A DNA stretch of 32,000 nucleotides, taken from NCBI RefSeq assembly GCF_000018465.1, contig NC_010085.1:450001-482000 (forward strand). The letters run 5' to 3'. Source of the stretch: Nitrosopumilus maritimus SCM1 (GTDB lineage Archaea > Thermoproteota > Nitrososphaeria > Nitrososphaerales > Nitrosopumilaceae). The position numbers and the translations under genes were made by a program. How positions within the stretch are numbered: the stretch's first letter is position 1; each line of letters starts with the position of its first letter. Below are positions 16,837 to 24,750 of the stretch, one piece after another. The notes beneath the pieces were generated by a model. The model made no database searches. It saw only the letters and a list, made by a program, of their open reading frames with translations, and was not told the DNA's origin.

Positions 16837-17889
16837 ATGAAATCCGCCAAAATCCCAGGTCCAAATGAACCTCTAACAATATCTGAAACTGAAAACCCAA
16901 AACCATCTGGAACCCAGGTATTACTTAAAGTAAAATCTGAAGGTGTCTGTCATAGTGATTTGCATCTGTGGGAAGGTGGATATGACCTTGGAGATGGTCA
17001 ATTTTTGAAAGTAACTGATCGTGGTGTAAAATACCCTGTAACGCCTGGACATGAAATTGTTGGAACTATTGAAGAGATTGGAGAAAATGTTTCAAATGTA
17101 ACTGTAGGTGATGATGTTCTAGTTTTTCCTTGGATGGGCTGTGGTGAATGCCCTGCATGTAAAGTTGGTAATGAAAATCTATGTGATGCTCCAAAATCGA
17201 TGGGGCTTTTCCAAAATGGTGGTTATGCTGATTATGTTTTAGTTCCGAATTCTAAATATTTAGCAAAACTTGATGGTGTTGATCCTGATGCTGCAACTTC
17301 ACTTGCATGTTCTGGATTAACTGCATACACTGCTATCAAAAAAGCAAATCAAAATTCTCCAGAATTCATTGTAATTGTAGGAGCTGGTGGATTGGGATTG
17401 ATGGGAGTTCAAATTGCTAGTGAGATTACTAATGCAAAAATCATTTGTGTTGATTTAGATGATGCAAAATTAGCAACGGCAAAAGAAATGGGTGCTCATT
17501 TTACTGTAAATTCTAAAGATTCTGAAACTGTTCAAAAAATAATGTCAATATGTAATGATAAGGGTGCAGATAGTGTTGTTGACTTTGTTAATGCTCCACC
17601 AACTGTAAAGACTGGCTTAGCAGTGTTAAGAAAAAGAGGAAATCTTGTTCTAGTTGGATTATTTGGTGGCTCACTAGAATTGTCTCTCGTTACAATTCCT
17701 CTAAAATCAATTACCATTCAAGGTGCATACACTGGAAATTACAATGACATGGTTGAACTACTTGGACTTGCAAGAAAAGGAACCATAAACCCAGTTATTT
17801 CAAAAAGATATTCTCTTGATGAAGCAAATTCTGCATTACAGGATCTTAAAGATCGTAAAATCCTTGGACGTGCAGTCATCAATCCATGA
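16837..17889 (+). CDS. Zinc-dependent alcohol dehydrogenase (MDR family)
   Basis: GVCHSDLH, PGHEIVG, the structural-Zn motif CGECPACKVGNENLC and the GAGGLGLMG Rossmann motif. Start moved to MKSAKIPGPNEP..., because the listed upstream extension overlaps the scpA start region. Confidence 0.85.
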   Translation: MKSAKIPGPNEPLTISETENPKPSGTQVLLKVKSEGVCHSDLHLWEGGYDLGDGQFLKVTDRGVKYPVTPGHEIVGTIEEIGENVSNVTVGDDVLVFPWMGCGECPACKVGNENLCDAPKSMGLFQNGGYADYVLVPNSKYLAKLDGVDPDAATSLACSGLTAYTAIKKANQNSPEFIVIVGAGGLGLMGVQIASEITNAKIICVDLDDAKLATAKEMGAHFTVNSKDSETVQKIMSICNDKGADSVVDFVNAPPTVKTGLAVLRKRGNLVLVGLFGGSLELSLVTIPLKSITIQGAYTGNYNDMVELLGLARKGTINPVISKRYSLDEANSALQDLKDRKILGRAVINP

Positions 17890-18647
17890 TGAGATTAGGC
17901 ATTGTTGATTATATCAACATGCTTCCTGTAGTATATGGTTTAGAAAAGAATAAGGTAAAATTTGATGGAAAAATAATTAGAGATGTTCCAACCAATCTTA
18001 ACTCTAGTTTATCACAAGGAATTATTGATGTTGGTTTTATCTCCTCTATAGAATATGCACGTGGTGATTACAATTTACTTCCTTATTGTATAAGTTCAAA
18101 AAAAACTGTAATGAGTGTTGTATTGGTTTCAAAAGTTCCATTTGAAGAAATTAAATCAATTCAACTTTCAACAGAAGCTGCTACCTCTGTTATACTACTT
18201 AAAATCTTGATGCGTTATGCATACAAACAAAAAGTAAGTTATGGAAAAAATGGAGATGCTGAACTTCTGATAGGAGACCAAGCCTTGAAAAAATTAATCA
18301 AAAAACCAAAACATGTTCTTGATTTGGGTAAAGCATGGAATACTTTCTCAAACAAAAACATGGTGTTTGGTGTTTTGGCATCAAGAAAAAATCTTCCTCA
18401 AAAGAAAATTGAGACTCTTTTAGATTCTATTCATTTATCATATCAATGGGGTCAGGATAATCTGAATGAAATTATAGATTATGCTGCCGAAAAAACTAAT
18501 CTTGACAAAAAAATCATCTCGCAGTATTTTGCTGGCTTGTCTTATTCTATAGGAATTAAAGAAATATCTAGTTTAAAGGAATTTTACACATATTCTAAGA
18601 AAATAAATGCAATTACAGAAATCCCTTGTCTAGACATTTACAAATAG
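17886..18647 (+). CDS. mqnA: MqnA-like protein (futalosine-pathway chorismate dehydratase family)
   Basis: MRLGIVDYINMLPVVYGL......VPTNLNSSLSQGIIDVGFISSIEYAR and the later ...VFGVLASRK... match the MqnA/DUF178 periplasmic-binding-like fold pattern. ATGA overlap with the ADH stop. Confidence 0.65.
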   Translation: MMRLGIVDYINMLPVVYGLEKNKVKFDGKIIRDVPTNLNSSLSQGIIDVGFISSIEYARGDYNLLPYCISSKKTVMSVVLVSKVPFEEIKSIQLSTEAATSVILLKILMRYAYKQKVSYGKNGDAELLIGDQALKKLIKKPKHVLDLGKAWNTFSNKNMVFGVLASRKNLPQKKIETLLDSIHLSYQWGQDNLNEIIDYAAEKTNLDKKIISQYFAGLSYSIGIKEISSLKEFYTYSKKINAITEIPCLDIYK

Positions 18648-18710
18648 CATTTAATTATGAACTTGTGTCTATCTATTAACTAATCTAGTTTCTATTATCT
18701 CAAAAATTAA

Positions 18711-19274
18711 TTATTCTTCTAATATCCAACCTGACTCAAACAAATTATTATCTTGTTCTTCTCCTATTTCTGTAGCAAATCTCCAGATAAATGGCAATTC
18801 TGTATTCATTTGTTCTTTAATTTTCAACAATGATTCTGTTTCAGAATTTAGATTTTCATCTGCTGTTTTGTGTTCTTTACAAAATTTACATTTTTCATCA
18901 AGTGTGATTGGGTCTGATTCAATCAAAGGATATGTTTTACATGCAAGAGGTCTGTTTTTGTAAATTTTACATGGAAATCCATTGTGAGGTGATTTGTTTC
19001 CACTTTCTGTATCTAGAAATGGACAAGTGTTTCCATTTTTTTCAACACCCATCATTTGATATGCTAAAATTTTTGATGGCCCAGAATCTCTACTCTCTGA
19101 TACTCCTATTCTTGGTAAAATTTTGATATCTAGATTGTTTTCTTTTGCTAGTTTTTCTATTCTTTCTTTTTCATCGGGTAATATCAAAACTCCAATCTTT
19201 CCAAATTTTTTACTTGGATAATACTCTCTTTCAATACAACATTGGGAACACTCATCAACACACCTGAATTCCAC
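18711..19274 (-). CDS. YkgJ/UPF0153-type putative Fe-S/zinc cluster protein
   Basis: N-terminal CVDECSQCC, central CPFLD and CKIYKNRPLACKTYP are the family hallmarks. Confidence 0.7.
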   Translation of the reverse strand: MEFRCVDECSQCCIEREYYPSKKFGKIGVLILPDEKERIEKLAKENNLDIKILPRIGVSESRDSGPSKILAYQMMGVEKNGNTCPFLDTESGNKSPHNGFPCKIYKNRPLACKTYPLIESDPITLDEKCKFCKEHKTADENLNSETESLLKIKEQMNTELPFIWRFATEIGEEQDNNLFESGWILEE

Positions 19275-19359
19275 AGATTCTTTCTATTTTTGACGCATAA
19301 AACTCATTATGAAAAATCAAAAACCTATCAGTTATATGCTCATTATGTGAATTACTTTC

Positions 19360-19671
19360 ATGGGTAAGCGCCAAGTAAAAAGTGAAAGTGCATTAAAAGA
19401 AATTCGTCTTCCTGAAGAAGGGGAACTTTTTGGCAGAGTTCTCAAGATGCTTGGTGGTGAAAATGTCTTAATCAAATGTACTGATAATGTCACAAGACGA
19501 GGTAGAATCCGTGGTAAACTAAAGAGAAGAGTTTGGATAAGAGATAATGATATTGTAATTATTGCGCCATGGGACTTTAATGAAGCTGAAAAAGGTGATA
19601 TTGTTTGGAGATTTACACTCCCTCAAGTCGAATGGTTAAAGGAAAACGGACACATTCCAAAAGATTTCTAA
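19360..19671 (+). CDS. eif1a: Translation initiation factor aIF-1A
   Basis: GELFGRVLKMLGGENVLIKCTDNVTRRGRIRGKLKRRVWIRDNDIVIIAPWDF is a canonical S1-like OB of aIF1A/eIF1A. Confidence 0.9.
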   Translation: MGKRQVKSESALKEIRLPEEGELFGRVLKMLGGENVLIKCTDNVTRRGRIRGKLKRRVWIRDNDIVIIAPWDFNEAEKGDIVWRFTLPQVEWLKENGHIPKDF

Positions 19672-19716
19672 TTTAATACCTTAGTTAATATAGTGAACAA
19701 ATTATTTCAAAACCAA

Positions 19717-19908
19717 ATGGAACAAGGTACCGTAAAATGGTTTAACCGTACTAAGGGCTTTGGTTTTATTGAAAGAGAAGGTGGAGACGATCTATTTGTT
19801 CACAAAACAGATGTTGACGGATTCATCAACGAAGGCGATAAAGTCGAGTTTGAAGTCGGTGAAGGCAGAAAAGGCCCAGCAGCACAAAAAGTCAAAAAAA
19901 CAGAGTAG
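19717..19908 (+). CDS. csp: Cold-shock domain protein (bacterial CspA type)
   Basis: [33 protein letters not shown] carries RNP1 (KGFGFI) and RNP2 (LFVH). ATG 19717 gives the usual length and N-terminus. The listed GTG 19693 is an alternative. Confidence 0.9.
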   Translation: MEQGTVKWFNRTKGFGFIEREGGDDLFVHKTDVDGFINEGDKVEFEVGEGRKGPAAQKVKKTE

Positions 19909-20001
19909 ACAATGAATTTTTAATTTAAGATTTCATCTTATGTTTTCTTAAGCTAGTCTATCTTTTTATTATTTTTACAATTATTTTTAATCAAAAGTTT
20001 G

Positions 20002-20128
20002 TGGTCCCGCGGGGCGGAGTTGAACCACCGACAACCCGGTTTCTGTATGCCTGATATGCTGTTATTCGGTCAGCCATCTAAAGCCAACAACTACAGCCGG
20101 AAGCTCTACCAGGCTGAGCTACCACGGG
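20002..20128 (-). tRNA. tRNA-Tyr (anticodon GUA) with a 50-nt canonical-position intron (20041..20090) and encoded CCA
   Basis: Hand-folded. Acceptor CCCGTGG/CCGCGGG (the C1-G72 pair typical of archaeal/eukaryal tRNA-Tyr); U8 A9; D stem GCTC/GAGC; anticodon stem TCCGG/CCGGG; anticodon GTA at 20092-20094; T arm GGTGG-TTCAACT-CCGCC; A73; CCA. The intron 3' end (UACAG) pairs with the anticodon loop (CUGUA), as expected for a bulge-helix-bulge site. Confidence 0.85.
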
Positions 20129-20237
20129 ACAAAAAAAACGAAGTTTACTGCTATTAAAAAACTATCGTAGATGAACGTGTGTTAAGATCGTAGAATTCTC
20201 TATAAGCATAAATACCTACAAACGTGTTTGTTGATTC

Positions 20238-20846
20238 ATGTCCGAACTCAAGCTTTCCTATTCTGGTTATGTTTGTGCACCTTATCTTCACACTCATGAA
20301 TCCGTTGAATTGAAAGAATCTTGGATGAAATCAAAAAATATTGAAAGATTATACTTTGTTACTGGAACATTTTCCTCTGAAAGTAAACCCTACTTTGCAG
20401 ATTCCACAAATCACTATATTTTAGCAAAATTCAAAGACAGTTCAAAAATTGCAGATGATCTAGTTGAACATAATCAAGAAAAAACTTCCTTTGTCTTTAA
20501 TGTAAAAGACGATCTTTTCCAACATGAAGTTATTGGAGATGTTAATTTTGTGTCTGTTTATTATTTAGAATATAATGACGATGAAGATATATCTGAAGTT
20601 GCTGATTTATTGGTAAAAAAAGATCAAATTGAGAGTGCAGGACTAGGAAACATGGAAACTTTTTGTAAAAATCCTTCTAAATTTACATTCCCATACTCTG
20701 AAAATATTATTGTCATTGAGGTTGCAAGTGAAAAAAGTCATCAAAGTGTTAAGAAATACTGTGAGCAAACAAGACGAGATGCAAACCGAAAAGGTCTATC
20801 CATGACCAATTTAATGAGTCTTTCAATTTTAGAACAACTAAAGTAG
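20238..20846 (+). CDS. Hypothetical protein (202 aa)
   Basis: Clean ORF of normal composition between tRNA-Tyr and aIF5A. Two halves with loosely similar beta-alpha-beta-like patterns. No family recognised. Confidence 0.45.
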   Translation: MSELKLSYSGYVCAPYLHTHESVELKESWMKSKNIERLYFVTGTFSSESKPYFADSTNHYILAKFKDSSKIADDLVEHNQEKTSFVFNVKDDLFQHEVIGDVNFVSVYYLEYNDDEDISEVADLLVKKDQIESAGLGNMETFCKNPSKFTFPYSENIIVIEVASEKSHQSVKKYCEQTRRDANRKGLSMTNLMSLSILEQLK

Positions 20847-20880
20847 AAAAGTTAAATATTCGAGCAAAAACTGTTTTTGC

Positions 20881-21291
20881 ATGAGCAAACCTTCTGATCT
20901 TGGTTCATTAAAAATCGGTTCTTACATTCTATTGCCACATTCAGATCAACCAAGTGGTGAACCTTGTAGAATTGTTGAATATGATACTTCAAAACCAGGA
21001 AAACATGGTGCAGCAAAAGCAAGAATTGTTGCTGAAGGAATTTTTGATGGTCAAAAAAGACCTCATGTAGGACCTGTCAGTATGCAAATTCATGTTCCTA
21101 TGATTAACAAAAAAGTAGGACAGATTATCTCTATGACTGGTGACACCGTTCAGTTGATGGATTCTGAAACTTTTGAAACAATCGATGTTACATTGATTGA
21201 TGATGAAGTTCAAGGAAAATTGGAAAACGGACAAAATGTAGAATACTGGGTTGTAATGGATAAAACTAAAATCATGCGCATTAAGACATAG
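20881..21291 (+). CDS. eif5a: Translation initiation factor aIF-5A
   Basis: Hypusine loop TSKPGKHGAAKARIV, then a C-terminal OB domain. Confidence 0.9.
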   Translation: MSKPSDLGSLKIGSYILLPHSDQPSGEPCRIVEYDTSKPGKHGAAKARIVAEGIFDGQKRPHVGPVSMQIHVPMINKKVGQIISMTGDTVQLMDSETFETIDVTLIDDEVQGKLENGQNVEYWVVMDKTKIMRIKT

Positions 21292-21294
21292 TGC

Positions 21295-21359
21295 GGATGC
21301 TGATGATTATCGGAAAAGCCGTCTGATTTATGATGACGATTATGAGTGTTGAAGCGTCC
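21295..21359 (+). ncRNA. Candidate C/D box sRNA (2'-O-methylation guide)
   Basis: GGAUGC-[C: UGAUGA 21301-06]-16 nt-[D': CUGA 21323-26]-UUUA-[C': UGAUGA 21331-36]-12 nt-[D: UUGA 21349-52]-A-GCGUCC. The terminal 6-bp stem is GGAUGC/GCGUCC (one U-G pair). This is the most GC-rich intergenic patch outside the tRNAs. Confidence 0.55.
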
Positions 21360-21401
21360 TTTGAATAAACTTAAACAATTGTTGGATTGATTTTTTATAA
21401 A

Positions 21402-22091
21402 ATGAAACTTGCTTCTCTCTTTTCAGGTGGAAAAGATAGCACATATGCTATATACTTGGCAAAAAAACATGGACATGAAATTAAATGTCTTCTAAGTATA
21501 TTTACAAAATCTGACGAAAGTCATTTACTTCATCATCCTAACATACAATGGACAAAACTACAAGCAGAATCAATGAAAATTCCACAAATTACAATTAATT
21601 CCACTTCTGATGATACCGATGACGAACTTTCTCTATTAGAAAATCTATTAAAAACTGCAAAAGATGATTATGGCATTGAAGGATTAGTGCATGGTGGCAT
21701 CAAAAGTAATTTCCAAAAAGAAAAATTTGAACAAGTTTGCTCAAAATATGGGTTAACTGTAGTTGCACCTTTGTGGAATTTAGAACCTGAACAATATATG
21801 GGTGATTTACTACAAGCGAATTTTATTTTTATTATGATTACTGTATCTTCTGATGGATTAGATGATTCTTGGCTAGGAAAAACAATTGGAGATTCTGAAA
21901 TTAAAACTCTGAAAAAACTTTCCGATAAATTTGGATTTAATCTAAATTTTGAAGGTGGCGAGTCTGAAACATTTGTTATTGATTGTCCTTTGTTTTCCAA
22001 TTCGATCAAGATTAATCAAAGTGAAAAAAAATGGGATGGGTATAGAGGAAGGTTTGAAATAGTGGATGCGGAATTGAATTACAATGCTTGA
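21402..22091 (+). CDS. ATP pyrophosphatase-domain protein of the MJ0570/Dph6 family (putative diphthine-ammonia ligase)
   Basis: MKLASLFSGGKDSTYAIYLA (SGGKDS PP-loop) and later ...LVHGGI...APLW... Start moved to ATG 21402. Confidence 0.7.
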   Translation: MKLASLFSGGKDSTYAIYLAKKHGHEIKCLLSIFTKSDESHLLHHPNIQWTKLQAESMKIPQITINSTSDDTDDELSLLENLLKTAKDDYGIEGLVHGGIKSNFQKEKFEQVCSKYGLTVVAPLWNLEPEQYMGDLLQANFIFIMITVSSDGLDDSWLGKTIGDSEIKTLKKLSDKFGFNLNFEGGESETFVIDCPLFSNSIKINQSEKKWDGYRGRFEIVDAELNYNA

Positions 22092-23412
22092 TGGACTTAA
22101 GAGTAGTTTGGGTGATGCAATCAAAAAGATTGTAAAATCATCTGGAATAGATGAGGAACTAATCAAGGAACTATCAAAGGATGTTCAAAGAGCATTATTA
22201 CAATCTGATGTTAATGTGCGATTAGTACTTGAAATCACAAAACACCTGGAAGAGCGTGCCCTCAATGAAACACCTCCTCCTGGCCTATCTAGGAAGAATC
22301 ACATTGTAAAAATACTATATGACGAACTTTCAAATCTGCTTGGAAATGAATCTGAGTTTGATTTTAAACCTGGAAAACAGAACAAAATCATCTTACTTGG
22401 AATTCAAGGAAGTGGTAAAACCACAGTTGCATCAAAACTTGCTAAATTTCTAACTGGACAAGGATACAAAGTTGGTGTTGTTGGTGCAGATACCTACAGA
22501 CCTGGTGCATTGGTGCAACTCAAGACAATGTGTGAAAAATCTAATGTTGAAGTATATGGTGAAGAAAGCAACAAAGATTCCCCTAGTATAGTCAAAAATG
22601 GCTTGAATTATTTTAAAGATCAATCTTTAGATGTTATCTTAATTGATACTGCTGGACGTCACAAGGAAGAACAAGACTTACTTGAAGAGATGGATAGAAT
22701 CAATAAAGTTGCTGATCCTGATTTAGCATTACTCGTAATTGATGGAACAATTGGGCAACAATGCTTCAACCAAGCTGAAGCATTTCATAAAACAATTCCC
22801 GTAGGTGGTGTAATAATTACAAAATTAGATAGTTCTGCAAAGGGTGGTGGCGCATTAGCTGCATCTGCTGCAACTGGTGCACAAATTATGTACATTGGTA
22901 CTGGCGAACGAATTGATGATCTAGAAAAATTCTCTCCAACAAGATTTGTTGGACGACTTTTGGGAATGGGTGACGTTCAAGCTGTATTGGATTTAGCAAA
23001 ACGTTTGGAAAGTGAAAATGATGATGACAGAATGAAAAGAATTTCTAGTGGAAAAATGAACATGGAAGATTTTCTTTCTCAATTAGAAGAAGTTACTAAA
23101 ATGGGCTCATTACAAGGAATTCTTGAAAGCATGCCTGGTCTCTCTGGAATGGTAAAAGATGATCAAGTAAATCAAATGGAGGACCGAGTTACAAAGTGGA
23201 GATACATTATCCAAAGTATGACCACTCAAGAAAAGGCAGACCCTGAAGGCCTATTGAATTCATCTCGAATCAAAAGAATTGCACGTGGTTCAGGCTGGCC
23301 TGAGGGTGAAGTTAAAGAATTGATGAAAAATTACAAAAACTCTAAGAATATGATGAAGGCCTCAAAAGGAAGACAAATGCAAGGCACTCTTAGAAGAATG
23401 GGATTAGGTTAA
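22084..23412 (+). CDS. srp54: Signal recognition particle GTPase SRP54
   Basis: N domain; G domain GIQGSGKTT, DTAGR, TKLD; Met-rich M domain. 8-nt overlap with the upstream gene. Confidence 0.95.
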   Translation: MLDGLKSSLGDAIKKIVKSSGIDEELIKELSKDVQRALLQSDVNVRLVLEITKHLEERALNETPPPGLSRKNHIVKILYDELSNLLGNESEFDFKPGKQNKIILLGIQGSGKTTVASKLAKFLTGQGYKVGVVGADTYRPGALVQLKTMCEKSNVEVYGEESNKDSPSIVKNGLNYFKDQSLDVILIDTAGRHKEEQDLLEEMDRINKVADPDLALLVIDGTIGQQCFNQAEAFHKTIPVGGVIITKLDSSAKGGGALAASAATGAQIMYIGTGERIDDLEKFSPTRFVGRLLGMGDVQAVLDLAKRLESENDDDRMKRISSGKMNMEDFLSQLEEVTKMGSLQGILESMPGLSGMVKDDQVNQMEDRVTKWRYIIQSMTTQEKADPEGLLNSSRIKRIARGSGWPEGEVKELMKNYKNSKNMMKASKGRQMQGTLRRMGLG

Positions 23413-23434
23413 CACAAACAAATTTCATTCTAAA

Positions 23435-24580
23435 ATGACTACTTATCAGAAAATTATTCCCATTGCAAATCAGATATTAAAAAAATATGATTTATGTGAT
23501 CATTGCCTTGGAAGACTTTTCACAAAACAGCTTTATCTTTCATCAAATAAACTCCTTGGGAAAAAATTAAAGAAAAATTCAAAATCTTCTCAAAGATGTT
23601 ATATCTGTAAAAATCTATTCGATAATTTGAATTATTTTTTGAATATGATGATTGATTCTGCATCTCATTACTCTTATTCGTCATTTAGTGTTGGCGCAAC
23701 AATAAAGCCTTCAATAATTGACAGAGATGATGTAATTCGTTCTAAATACAAACTAAAAGGAATTGATGGGATAAAGACTGATGTAACAAAAGAACTGGGA
23801 AAATTATTTTCTAAAAAAACAAAGAAATCCTTTGATTCTTTAGATCCTGAGATTGTTTTTACTGTAAATCTAAAAGATGAATTTTGTGACATTAGATCCA
23901 AATCATTAACTCTTTCAGGCAGATATGTTAAACCCGTACGAGGTTTCTTACAAAAACAAAAATCTTGTTCAAATTGTTCTGGTAAGGGGTGTCGAATTTG
24001 TGATTTTCATGGCATCAAAGAATTTGATAGTGTTGAAGGAGAAATTTCTCAATTTCTTTTTAAAAAATTAGGTGGCACCACTGCTAAATTCACCTGGATT
24101 GGTGGTGAGGATAAATCAAGCTTGATTCTAGGCACAGGAAGACCGTTTTTTGTCAAGATCCAGAACCCTCACAAAAGAAAATTGAGAGCAAAATCTGCAA
24201 ATCTAGAACACATCAAAGTTAGTAATTTCAAAATTGTTGCAGACTCTCCAAAAAAACCATTAAAATTTAATTCCTCAGTTGAAGCTAGAATTTCTACATC
24301 TTCAATCATTGACGCAAAACTTTTACGAAAATTAAAAAATCTCACAAAAAAACCAATTGCAGTTTATGAAAAGTCTGGAAAACGATCTGAGAAAAGAATA
24401 CTTTCCATAAAATATAAGAAATCTGATGAAACTTCCTTTACATTATTTTTCAAATTTGAAGGTGGTTTACCTGTAAAACGTTTTGTTACTGGTGATGATG
24501 TTTCTCCTGGAATAAGCCAAATTCTTGATATGTCGTGTAAATGTCTTGAATTTGATTTTCATGATGTTGAAGTTAAATGA
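23435..24580 (+). CDS. pus10: tRNA pseudouridine(54/55) synthase Pus10
   Basis: N-terminal Zn module CDHC...CYIC, THUMP-like region, second Cys cluster CSNCSGKGCRIC, and catalytic-domain motif GGEDKSSLILGTGRPFFVKI. Confidence 0.8.
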   Translation: MTTYQKIIPIANQILKKYDLCDHCLGRLFTKQLYLSSNKLLGKKLKKNSKSSQRCYICKNLFDNLNYFLNMMIDSASHYSYSSFSVGATIKPSIIDRDDVIRSKYKLKGIDGIKTDVTKELGKLFSKKTKKSFDSLDPEIVFTVNLKDEFCDIRSKSLTLSGRYVKPVRGFLQKQKSCSNCSGKGCRICDFHGIKEFDSVEGEISQFLFKKLGGTTAKFTWIGGEDKSSLILGTGRPFFVKIQNPHKRKLRAKSANLEHIKVSNFKIVADSPKKPLKFNSSVEARISTSSIIDAKLLRKLKNLTKKPIAVYEKSGKRSEKRILSIKYKKSDETSFTLFFKFEGGLPVKRFVTGDDVSPGISQILDMSCKCLEFDFHDVEVK

Positions 24581-24615
24581 TAACAATTAACTAGCTCTGA
24601 ATATTTCAAAATATC

Positions 24616-24714
24616 ATGCCAATAAGAAAAAAAGGTAAACATCAAAGACATGCTGATCAAAGAGCAGAAACAAGAAGAAAAAAGAAGGCAAAAGCTGGAA
24701 AACCTAGATCCTAA
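24616..24714 (+). CDS. Candidate 32-aa highly basic mini-protein (below the ORF-track size cutoff)
   Basis: My translation is MPIRKKGKHQRHADQRAETRRKKKAKAGKPRS*. It is the only sensible reading of the 170-bp gap between pus10 and the next gene. Its composition resembles very small ribosomal or RNA-binding proteins. Identity unknown. Confidence 0.35.
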   Translation: MPIRKKGKHQRHADQRAETRRKKKAKAGKPRS

Positions 24715-24750
24715 CCAAATCAACCTTTTTACATTCAAAATTATCGAGGG

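Noticed and set aside
20041-20090. tRNA-Tyr intron as an intron-encoded C/D box sRNA
   Set aside because: Only a single CUGA and a degenerate AGAUGG are present. There is no RUGAUGA C box and no terminal box pairing.
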